Origin: Hydrurus foetidus
Lineage: Eukaryota
Assembly (NCBI GenBank): GCA_900617105.1
Contig: UYFQ01000303.1
Span: forward strand, 1-37,762
DNA: 37,762 bases
Reading direction: 5' to 3'
The notes below the pieces were generated by a model. That model had not been told where the DNA came from and searched no databases. It saw nothing but the letters and a program-made list of their open reading frames with translations. The position numbers and the translations under genes are program-made. Shown one piece after another: positions 1-9,726 of this stretch (the first letter of the stretch is position 1; each line of letters begins with the position of its first letter).

Positions 1-930
1 TGACTGCCGGTTTCACCTTTTGGGTTAAAGGATCGACTTTTGGGGAGCCGTCGGAGGGTTGCAACTTCTCCTTAGGCTGACAGCCACACGTTATATCCAC
101 TTGCTCAGAAGATAGAACTTCCGCTAACGGGATAGTGCTTGATGAAGCATTGGCAGATATTTGATCGGGGAATCGGGAAAACAAATTCAACTCACGAATT
201 GTTTTTCTTCCCACTATTAAATCAAATTTCGATTCGTTTAAAACATAAGCCGTGATTGGGAAAGTATAATAATTATTTAAATCAGGGCAAAAATAAGAAA
301 GAGTTAAGTCTATAGTGTCAAAAATATCATAACAATGATTATCTAGACCACTACATACTCTATGCAGTTTCTTTGAAGAGTTTACAACGAATTGTATGAA
401 ATTGAGTTTAGTAATAATACGGCGATGAATGAAGTTGCCGGCGAAAGATCCGGTATCCAGAAGAGTGTTAACTCTATTACTTTTTTCCAGCATAGGCTCC
501 TGTGAAAGAGGAGAAATGTTGAAGGGGATCAGTTCTGGATCATCGGAGAGATTAGATGATGAATTTAGGTTGCATAGTAGCTTACCCTTGTGTTTCTTCG
601 CTGGGTTTGTCGAATCTGCTGTTGAAGTAGCAGGTTTCGACGAAGAGGAAGAGGAAGAAGAGGAAGACGATGAAGAAGAGGTCGATGTCTTAGGTAAAGT
701 TGGAATAAACTTAGACTTTGAATCGACTTTCAACAACTGCTTATGACCCTCGGAGCTGATATAGGGTGCGTCTGTACTGTTATAGTACGGAGACGAAGTG
801 TAGAAACACGTGGCAACGAAATGGCCAAGTCTCCCACAACCTGTGCACAGAGGTCTTTCAAATTTGTCAGACTTGTCTGATTGCACTGATTGCTCGTCCT
901 CTCGTGGACATTTTTGGTTTTGTCCTGAGA
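1..930 (-). CDS. Element A gag C-terminus (zinc knuckle) plus retropepsin protease; frame open to the window edge and absent from the ORF track
   Basis: No stop codon in this frame from ~930 to 1 (checked codon by codon): ...ERPLCTGCGRLGHFVATC...poly-Ser...RVNTLLDTGSFAGNFIHRR...VCSGLDNHCY...KFDLIVGRKTIRELNL. Confidence 0.8.
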
Positions 931-1931
931 AGAACGAGGAGGGGCTTTGAATTGGCGAGAGTGATCACCATACAAAGGGAAGACATCAATGAATCGTAAG
1001 GCATCAATTGATTCTCGTAGCTTAGCAAGCTGCGCAAGCCATACAAATCGAAAGTCTTCGATTGTAATATGTCTTGGAGTTGTGTTGTTAAGACTACGTT
1101 GTCTGCTCTCTAATTGATGGGTTCGACTGGCAACTTATCGATGAGAATTTTAGTTGCCTGAAGTTGCAGAGCAGATGTTGCATCAGGGTAAGCTTCGACG
1201 ATATCAGCTTAAAGCTGATCTGTCTTGTCTTCCACTGATTTATTCTTCAGGTCGAATTGAAGTGCGACCTGAGAAACAGTTTCGATGAAGCTCAGCTTGT
1301 CAGTTCGATTGACAGCTGATGTAGGAACTGTGATGTTGAGTTCTCTACAAAACAATTAATTTGACCAATGCTTCCAATTGTTACAAGAATCGCGACGATC
1401 AGGATCAGTCGCGAACTTACGCTTGAGAAGCGTTGTAAACGATTGATGGTTGGAAGCATGGACTACATCAATCGGTTTAAATGGAGTTCCATTTGAAAGA
1501 AGGACTTCCACTACCCGTAATACTTCCTGACGAGAGGGCACGGCGCTCAACTTAGGAGCTCTCTCACCCGTTTGCACTTATTGCTGGGGTGGTGCCATCG
1601 TCCTTGGAATAGGAATCTCAGCTGAAGCTGGTGTCGCAGCCGAAGCTGGTGTCGCAGCCGAAGCTGGTTGTAACGACAAAGCGTTCAATGCAGAAATGAA
1701 AGGGACATCAATGGCAGACATGACCGCAGGCTCCGAATTCCGCTGAGGAATCGGTGCAGACAGGTCGCCAGCGGGGTCCTGTGTCGCAGGTGACCCAGGA
1801 AAATCTGCGTCTGCTCGTCGTTGGTTATGCTCATCATGACGTTGGCGGAAAGCGACGGCCACAGCTCGAGGCTGCTGTCGTCGGAGGGCGTTGATGGAGC
1901 TGGTCTTCTTCTCCTGGCGTCGTACTGCCAT
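931..1931 (-). pseudogene. Element A gag N-terminal/capsid region, disrupted
   Basis: ORFs 1578-2036 and 1356-1577 are in one frame separated by a single TAA. Further in-frame TAA/TAG stops (~1356, ~1209, ~1110) and at least two frameshifts precede the CCHC frame. An 18-bp tandem repeat encoding PASAAT lies at ~1622-1667. Confidence 0.65.
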
Positions 1932-2045
1932 AATGTTGGCGTTGCGGGTTAAGTTGGAGGAGGAGACGGATGGAAAGAGAGAGGAGAAAAAAAAATCTCG
2001 GAAGAAAACTTTGACGAAACTTTGGTGGATGACCAATATCGATAT

Positions 2046-2307
2046 TATGGCCTTAATCGGGGCCTAGGACGAAGGAACGGGAGTTGGTAGGACGGAGAGC
2101 GGGACACGGAGGGACGAAGGAAAGCGACGTTGTTAGGATAACGTTGTGATTATAGGTTACAGTTAAAGGATAGGTGATGTACAGCCTCCTAACAGGACGA
2201 GAGATCTATCTGGAACTAAAACCTAAAACTGGAATCTGGGCGTATTGTACCTATTGTACCTAGTTACCTAGACACATTGTATCCTCGTAGGGATACATAA
2301 GGCTACA
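2046..2307 (-). repeat. Putative 5' LTR of element A (~262 bp)
   Basis: Imperfect 10-bp terminal inverted repeat, + strand TATGGCCTTA (2046-2055) and TAAGGCTACA (2298-2307), 8/10 match. Its edge coincides with the abrupt end of element B's pol ORF. Internal hairpin TGTATCC-N6-GGATACA at 2278-2297. The partner LTR is outside the window. Confidence 0.55.
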
Positions 2308-4675
2308 GGTGGAGAATATCTTCGCTTTCTATAAGTGGTGTGTGCGAAGGGGTGTGAGGGGGGTCGACACCCGGACGCGGTGATTCGTCAGTACGTACAG
2401 CCAAGGCAGCAACTACGTTGCCTGGAAGCTGACGACCCTCGTTGCCACGAGCCGGGCAGTTAGCAAGACCGTTGTGGTCTGCGCACTTACAATCTGGCGA
2501 GCATATAGTCGGCTGAGTGTCGGTGACGGGTACCAAAGATGCAACGACATGGTCTATGGTAGATGGTGGGGGACCATACTTAGCCTTCATTTTCTCCGCG
2601 AGTTTCGCTCTCTCCTTTGCTGCTTTCTTGCGCTGTGAGGGGTTCAATTTCTCAGAAGTACGCGCTGGCAACGTCTTCGGTTCAGCGGCAGCCGGTGTCG
2701 AAGGAATCACCATAAAGGTAAGAGGTTTCGCCGTGGCCATCTTACGGGAATAGTCCTTAGGGGGCTTATCCGGTTTGTCCGAGACGGTCTTTTTAGCTGC
2801 CAGAGGTGGCAATGGTAGTGCGGACGGTATTTTAAAACCCAAAGCGGATGGTGTCAAAATGTTAAATTTATTTAGCGCCAGGGTTGTCCGACCCACAATT
2901 AAATCGATTTCTTGATCAGGGTTAACGTTAACCGTGAAGTACACCGTGTGTATGATATCATCGTGTGATTGAAAGATGATGCCTATGTCTACAACATTGA
3001 CACTCAGATAGCAGGTGCGATCCAGGCCACTGCATACAGTCATGGGAACAGGTGAGGTATAAATGTATGGCAGGGCATTCATCCTGACCAGACAATCACG
3101 TGAGATGAAATTCACTGGGAAGCTTCCCGTGTCCAGCAGCGCATCCCCCTCGACTTGTTTCGAATGTCCCATCACCGCGTCTTGAGTGTCCTTTCGCTGT
3201 ACAGCAAAGATATTACAAGACAGGTAATCAGTCGGGTCAGTAGAGATGGGAGGCTGCACATCCAAGGGTACAAGATCCGTACTTACGGGGATGGGTAAGA
3301 CAACTGTAAGTGCAGGTAACGCAGTAAGCGGCTGTATAGCAGCAACAATGTCCGATCCAGGCGCGAGTGCATGGACAGAATCTACAGTCGCTAGAGATTT
3401 ACTTCCTTTGTTGGATCTTGGTTGGGAACTGCTCCTTGGCTGGGAGCTGCCCCTGGCTCTACTTTGGCGTGATCCCTGTCCGCCTCATTTCTTGCTGTCG
3501 TACTTACGACTGTCTCTGCGGTCATCGTCTCGGTCACGACTGCGTTCACGGTTGGAAGAACGGCCACGGTCTGCACGTCGCTCGCATGCTTTGCGTTCGT
3601 TCAGATCGCGGTCATCTCACTCCCGCTCCTGCAGCGTGCGTCGGTCTCGTGCGGAACGGTCGTCCTCAGACTCCCTGTTGTAACGGACACGTTTGGATGT
3701 ATCCGCATCCTCTGAGGACTCCTCCACGCGTTTCTTCCGACGAAGCTCCCATCCTAGAAGATACAGATGCTCCACGAAGGTGTCATGACCCTCTGCCATC
3801 CATGCTTTTCCCATCGTAGACTCGCCCCATAGCACGTGGTATTGATTGTTCGTGTCATGTACTTGGCATGCGACTGCGAGTGTCTTGCAGAATCGGTAGA
3901 CGCATGTCAACCAGGTGTCTTCGGTCTGAGGGTTGTTGGGGTTCGATACGAACGCCGCCATCCTCTCGACTTTGTCTGCCTTCTTCATGTCGAAGTAGTC
4001 GTGGCGGATCTGGGACTCTTCCGCCGCGACACGCTTCTCGAAGATCTTTATGAGGTCTCGCTGCTGTTCCTCAGTGATCTCCCCCACCGTACGGGTGTAC
4101 CCCTTGATGACCTCCTTGTAATCTGCCATCATCAGTATCTCATGATCTTCATTATCAATGCAGTACTGGAACTTGACTTTGGAGAACACTTCAGCCAGGG
4201 TCTTCTTCTCGTCGTGTCTCTTGCCAAAGTACTGGCTGACAAGACGGGCGATTTGAAGGTGCGACAGTCTTGTCCTCCACAGGGATACCTCCGACTTGTT
4301 GAGGACCTTCAGCGAAGGATCGCACCGGATTTTCATGTCCAGCGTATCCATAGCCGCTTCTGTCATCGTCTGTTGGATGTCGATGGAGTCGCCCATGGTG
4401 ACAGCCTGTGCAAGGAACCTCTCTGCTTGGTCCGAGCTGATGAGAGTGTTCTGTAACACAAAGAGTTTCTTGTTGAAAGAAAGAGCTTTGGTTATTGATG
4501 AAGCCAGGGAGTTCTGGGTCTCTCCTCCCCTTGATGTTAATGAAAGGTTGAGTTCATTAACCGGGCTTGGAGGTTCCGCATTCCCTGTTTCCGCGAACCT
4601 CCTGATCTCCTCCTCTGTTAACTCTGGTATCTCTGGAGGAGGGGAGGGAGTTGGCAGCGGTTGCTCTGCTGTCAT
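2308..4675 (-). pseudogene. Element B gag-protease polyprotein frame with two in-frame TGA codons, truncated by the element A insertion
   Basis: One reading frame from ATG 4675 to ~2308, broken only by TGA at 3619-3617 and 3487-3485 within an R/D/S-rich linker. Catalytic DTG at ~3125-3133. Confidence 0.75.
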
Positions 4676-5763
4676 CTTTCTGAAGAGCTGCTAAGCAGGC
4701 GGCTTTGACCGGAGCGCTTCTTAATAAAATTCCTTTAAGATCTCTCCTTCTTGAAAAAAAAATTGCAAGAGGTTTGCCTCATGCCGTATCGGTTGGACAA
4801 GTGTCTGTTCGATTTGGATTAGCAAATAAAGCAGGTGAGAAAATATCAAAGGTCTTCGACAAAGGAGCACTTGAAGTCCGGTCTTCGGCTCACCAACAGG
4901 TTCCTGTTGGCGGATCCAAAGGAGCAGGTGATGGCTGCTTTGAGTCTTGAAAACAGGCTTGAAGTCCTGCTGAAGATTGCCGACGAAGTCTTTTGCAATT
5001 CAGATAGGGGATACCTATGTTGCTTCAAACAGGAATTGACTTCTGTTCTTCAGCTGGCGTCGAAACGGCTTAGAGCTGGCAACTTATGTGGCGATCGGGA
5101 ATCCGTGAAGATCTTGATTTCCTCCTTTGAAGATCTTGAAAGCTCTTGAGTTTCTTGAGCTTGGAAGTCTTGATCGGCTTTTGAAATTCAGATAGGGGAT
5201 ACCTATGTTTCACCGATGTCGCTGGGTTATGCGAAACGTGTCGTTTGACTGACAACGTTTGCTTCCGATCCTGAGTTCTCCAACCAAATGCTTTGGAAGG
5301 ACTTCTGACAACTCGGTGGACCACGTGGACAGAAGTCTAGCTAAGTAGATGGATGGTAGTAGGAGGCCAGGTAGTAGAATTTAGAGGGGAAAGCGGAACG
5401 AGTAGATCTACTGTAGTCCAAATGAAGCTGGAAGTGGCAGAAAGGTAGGTTAGCTTACAACGGGAAAGAAGGGTGGGTGAGCTTGCAGAGGTGTAAAACT
5501 CTGCATGCAAAGCGTTGCAAGGTAAGCTAACAAGCTGCGAGATGTCAGAAGGACTCTCAGTCACATGTACAGACGGCTATACGGTACCACGGAGGGTAGG
5601 AATGTGGTACTAAATCCTGTACCATCACACAGTTTCTGAATAGAGGTGGAACCACCATCCGGTCAATCCCCCAATAAAAGTGTAACCGTGGAACCACTCT
5701 ACGGTTAATCCCCCAATTACGTTTATTTTTACCAAAAATACGAGACGAGACGGTATCCCAACA
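2308..5763 (-). mobile_element. Ty3/gypsy-like LTR retrotransposon B (5' LTR/leader, gag, protease), interrupted by element A
   Basis: The gag-like ORF 3617-4675 is in frame with protease ORF 2303-3265 (ALLDTGSFPVNFI, VCSGLD, IDLIVGR), homologous to element A's protease. A PBS-like TGGTCCACCGAG lies at 5323-5312. The upstream LTR boundary is uncertain (TG starts at 5565 or 5763). Confidence 0.75.
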
Positions 5764-5784
5764 GGGGTGTTCGTTGTTTGTTGG

Positions 5785-6116
5785 TGTTGACGGATCTTCG
5801 ATTTGCTAAGTCACGTACGGTGCTAAGTGTACGTCGGTTGAAGAACGCTCGGTCAAGGCTCGTGAAATAAGCTCTGGTTTGACAGTAATCACTTGTTAAT
5901 TGACTGTGCTTCATCCCTGCTGAAGCCCCGAGTCCCTTTCAATACAAGAGCAGCAGCCACTAATAATCTACTTGAAGTTCACAGACGATGCGCGGGCCCA
6001 CTCATCGTCGTCACGCACACACACACACACACACACACACATAATAGTCCGTACGGCTGTACGGATGCATAAGTACACATATTGTGTCCGTGTCATAAAC
6101 TAGAATAATCCCAACA
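5785..6116 (-). repeat. Copia 3' LTR (complete, 332 bp, contains (CA)13)
   Basis: Starts TGTTGA and ends CCCAACA on the + strand. 5848-6116 is directly repeated at 7557-7831. Confidence 0.92.
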
Positions 6117-6181
6117 CACCCCTATGTCACATCACAATTGTTACTATTCACGCATCACGCAAAAGTCTTTATAATGTTCAT

Positions 6182-7555
6182 CTAAACTACAGTCTCATCG
6201 TCCCATCCCGTAAGGGCTTGTCTCTCGCTCTTGAACTGTGGACCCTGTAGCGGCTTCGTCAGAAGGTTCGCATACATGTCCCGCGCCCCCAGGTGCCTCA
6301 CTCTCGCCTCTCCTTGATCCACTCTTTCCTTGACCCAGAAGTACTTAATGGCTATGTGTCTGGTCCGCTCCGCGGCCGACCGTCCTCTTTCCACGAGCGC
6401 CATGCACGACATATTGTCTTGATACACCGTCACCGGCCCGCACGCGTATCCTTGCCCTATGATAAAATGTCTCATGTGAAGTGCTTGATTGGTTGAGTCG
6501 GATAGTGCCACGAGCTCCGCCTCCGTGCTTGACTTCGTCACGATCCCCTGCTTCGCAGACTTGCTGTGCACCGCACCCCTTGTCCCTACCACAACACAGC
6601 TCCCGGTGTGGGACTTCCCGTCCGGGTGCACTCCATACGCCGCGTCTATGAGCACACTGACTTCGACTCCCTTGCTCCCGGCAGCGAACACCACTCCTCT
6701 GTCTCTTGTCGCGCTCACATACTTCAGCAGCCGCTCCAGCTTGGCAAGGTCGTCCACGCTGCACTTGGTCACCCGTGTCGCCAGGTACGCCACTGTCGTC
6801 AGGCAGTCCGGTCTCGCCCGCTTCGCCAAGTACAGCATCTTTGCAACGTGGCGGTGGAAGCGCACACGCTGCTCCTCTGTGGCCACATCTGCGTCCTCTC
6901 TCACATCGAACAGTCCCGCTGTGGCTGGCGTTCGTGCACCCCCCATCGTCCCGCTCTCCCTCAGCATGTCCTCCACATATCCGGTCATCGACACTCGCGC
7001 GACACCTGCAATTGAAAGATCGAATACCATACCAAGGTAGTTCACAACAGGTCCATCTTTTCTCGTGATGTCTCCATACCTTTTTATCAGACCAGTCGCC
7101 ACCGACTCGATCATCTCACTACTGACGCTAGTGATCATGAGATCATCTACGTGCACCGCTATGGTACACTGCACCCTGCATTCGTCACGCTTGTTGAACA
7201 CGCACATGTCGTGCGCATTCGGTGAGTACCCCAACTCGGACAGGCTCACCCTCAGGTTCTCGTACCATAGCGCGGCTGACTCCACGCACCCGTATAGCGC
7301 CTTGTCTAGCCGTACCACTATACACCCCTTGTGGTCGGTGAACTGCGAGTACTGGGGAGCCAGGCGAATCATCATATTCGACATGTTTTTGTCCAGCCTC
7401 ATATGCACCGGTACCCCTGTGTCCATATCAGCGTTGAGGAATGCGCCGCTGATGTCTATCACCGTGATATTTCTCCTCTCATGCGCCGCTATGCTTAGGA
7501 GCGTGAACACCGAACTAGTCGCCACCGTTGGCGCGGACAGATCGTCGTACAGGTC
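6182..7555 (-). pseudogene. Copia reverse transcriptase-RNase H fragment (frame intact, 5'-truncated)
   Basis: DLYDDLSAPT, DISGAFLN, RLDKALYG, AVHVDDL (YxDD box), ARPD, IDAAYG, KSSTEAELVA, YQDN, RTRHIAIKY and ANLLTKPL are canonical copia RT/RNase H motifs. Confidence 0.93.
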
Positions 7556-7556
7556 T

Positions 7557-7722
7557 CTCGGTCAAGGCTCGTGAAATAAGCTCTGGTTTGACAGTAATCA
7601 CTTGTTAATTGACTGTGCTTCATCCCTGCTGAAGCCCCGAGTCCCTTTCAATACAAGAGCAGCAGCCACTAATAATCTACTTGAAGTTCACAGACGATGC
7701 GCGGGCCCACTCATCGTCGTCA

Positions 7723-7758
<36 letters not shown>

Positions 7759-7831
7759 ATAGTCCGTACGGCTGTACGGATGCATAAGTACACATATTGT
7801 GTCCGTGTCATAAACTAGAATAATCCCAACA
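7557..7831 (-). repeat. Copia 5' LTR, missing its last 63 bp (contains TA(CA)15)
   Basis: Identical by eye to 5848-6116 except for the CA microsatellite (6 bp longer, one C/T change). Fused directly to RT coding sequence at ~7556. Confidence 0.92.
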
Positions 7832-8075
7832 GTTGGCAAAGGCCAACGAAACCAAAAAGCAAAAAGCCGAAAGATAAGAGATAAGTCCTTGCCAAGAATA
7901 AGAAGTTTTGAAAAGCAGAATATATCTCGATATCGATGTATCAAACGTGAAATTGTCATCCGATACAGTGCAATTGTGACAAACCAATCGAAATTTCCAA
8001 AGTCGTGGGTACCCTCTGCAATTGGAGTCGACGTTTTCATCATCATATCATTTTGACTGCAAAAATCTCCTCAAC

Positions 8076-8815
8076 ATGGAGAGAATGCCTTCTCAAACTT
8101 TGTACGTGAGTAATATCAATGAGAAAGTCAAATCAGATGTGCTGAAGAAAATGCTGTACATGATGTTTTCTCAGTATGGAAGAGTAGTCGACATTGTAGC
8201 CAAGAAAGGCTTGAAATTGCGTGGTCAATCATGGGTTGTGTTCCAAAATGTATCATCAGCTACCAATGCTCTACGTGGCAAGCAAGGATTTTCTTTTTAC
8301 GGAAAACCAATGGTGAGTTGCATCACGACTTGCATCAACAATAGTAGGATTTAACAAGAACACCACTGCTGACTACTAATGAATCTTGTTCGGTGAATTC
8401 TTAACCCACACGATATTTTCAGAAAATACAGTATGCCAAGAATAAATCTGACAGTGCTGCTAAGGCCGATGGCACTTTTGATATTAGATTGAAACGAAAG
8501 AGAGATGCAGAAAATGCAGTAAATGCAATGGAACCACCAACAGGGGCAGCGAAAATAGCCAAAATCGTTTCGAATAGTGCACCAAGCCACATTCTGTTTG
8601 CGCAGGATTTACCATTAAGTTATGACGAGACAGTACTCTTTTCTCTATTCCAGCAGTGCCAAGGATTTACCGAATTACGTATGGTTCCAGGAAATAAAAG
8701 AATTGCATTTATAGAATTCAACGATGAAACCCAAGCGACTCTAGCTCTGAAGCAGCTACAAGGATTTGAACTGAGCCCTGGCGATGTTCTTCAACTCACG
8801 TATGGCAACCTTTGA
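8076..8815 (+). CDS. SNRPB2: U2 snRNP B''/U1A (SNF) family two-RRM spliceosomal protein; exons 8076-8312 and 8423-8815, ~209 aa
   Basis: RRM1 TLYVSNINEKVK...FSQYGRVVDIVAKKGLKLRGQSWV. GTGAG...TTTCAG intron 8313-8422 joins KPM to KIQYAKNKSD. RRM2 ILFAQDLP...IAFIEF...ALKQLQGF. VVDIVA resembles U2B''/SNF more than U1A. Confidence 0.92.
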
Positions 8816-9726
8816 GCTTCCTCTCAGCAGATTTTTTTGTCTGTCTGTATTCTTAAAGAAGCACTATCGAGTTGCGAATAAAAGAGGACTTATAGTTCCT
8901 ATTTCCGCTTGTCCAACACTGCTGTCTGAATCTGTCACTGTAGCATGCCGAGTCGAGTCGTGCTATCTATCAGGTGCTGCGCCTGCAACTTACATGCTGT
9001 CGATGGCTTGGTGATGCAATGAGGTATTAGGATATTGCAGCTGATGTTGTCGGAATAGTGTCGAAGCAGAGTTCAGTCGTCATGACGAATCTATAGAGGA
9101 TGCATCCAAGCAAAATGCTCTAATTCAGTAGGGGCGACGTCCAAATGCACAGGCCATTCAGTTAAGTAGCTCGCGTGAGACGCACAGTATCGTATCATTG
9201 AAGTCTCTGTCGACTGCGTATCTTCAGAAAACATGTGACGGTATTTGAAACGATTTTTAAAGACACCCCCATGAGCAGTAATTAATAAATGCGTTGCTTA
9301 CAATCGTATCTAGTAAATGTGCTGCGGATGGATACTCTTTGCAGCGCATTCAGTGGCAGTTACAACCGTGTTAATGCAGGGACTACATGAGACGTAATAG
9401 GTCTGAGAGAAACTGAGAGCAGAGACAGTTCGTGAAAAACCTGCAGTGCATCTGCCAGAACTAAAACAGATCTGATGATACAATAACCCACACATTCTAA
9501 TTGCAGCGTGTTAGTGGCTACGTGTTGCGAAGTCGCATTGGATTGGATTGGTCACAAATGATGTACGAATTTAATACGCTTCACTACAAGTTGTTGGTCG
9601 GGGGATACCTCCGGTACAGATAGAGGGGGGTCACTATGACTAATCCACCCTTCTTGTTTCTGGAGTCAGAGTGCACTCACTATCTCTATCTCTTACACTC
9701 CTTCACTCACTTACTCTCTCACTCAC

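Larger units (their letters stand above)
1..2307 (-). mobile_element. Ty3/gypsy-like LTR retrotransposon A (5' LTR, decayed gag, CCHC knuckle, aspartic protease); continues off the left edge
   Basis: Manual minus-strand translation gives CTGCGRLGHFVATC (C-x2-C-x4-H-x4-C, ~806-847) in frame with LLDTGSFAGNFI (~430-463), VCSGLD and FDLIVGR. An LTR-like segment lies at 2046-2307. Gypsy rather than copia is inferred from the protease style (LLDTGS...DLIVGR); RT and integrase are not in the window. Confidence 0.8.
5785..7831 (-). mobile_element. Ty1/copia LTR retrotransposon, internally deleted (no PBS, gag, protease, integrase or RT N-terminus)
   Basis: TGTTG...CAACA termini. 5-bp TSD GTTGG at 5780-5784 and 7832-7836. 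Polypurine tract AGGGGTG (minus strand, 6123-6117) abuts the 3' LTR. RT-RNase H ORF lies between the LTRs. Confidence 0.95.

Noticed and set aside
429..746. Acidic poly-Glu ORF on the + strand
   Set aside because: Antisense shadow of the poly-Ser linker and protease of element A.
1100..3619. Alternative genetic code or selenocysteine explaining in-frame TAA/TAG/TGA in the gypsy ORFs
   Set aside because: Host genes end normally at TGA, TAG and TAA and have no internal stops. Element A also has frameshifts, indicating decay.
5566..5763. Separate solo LTR (TGTAC...CAACA)
   Set aside because: No flanking TSD (TCACA versus GGGGT); it cannot be distinguished from part of element B's LTR.
6293..7574. 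Several + strand ORFs of 120-180 aa
   Set aside because: Antisense shadows of the GC-rich copia RT-RH frame.
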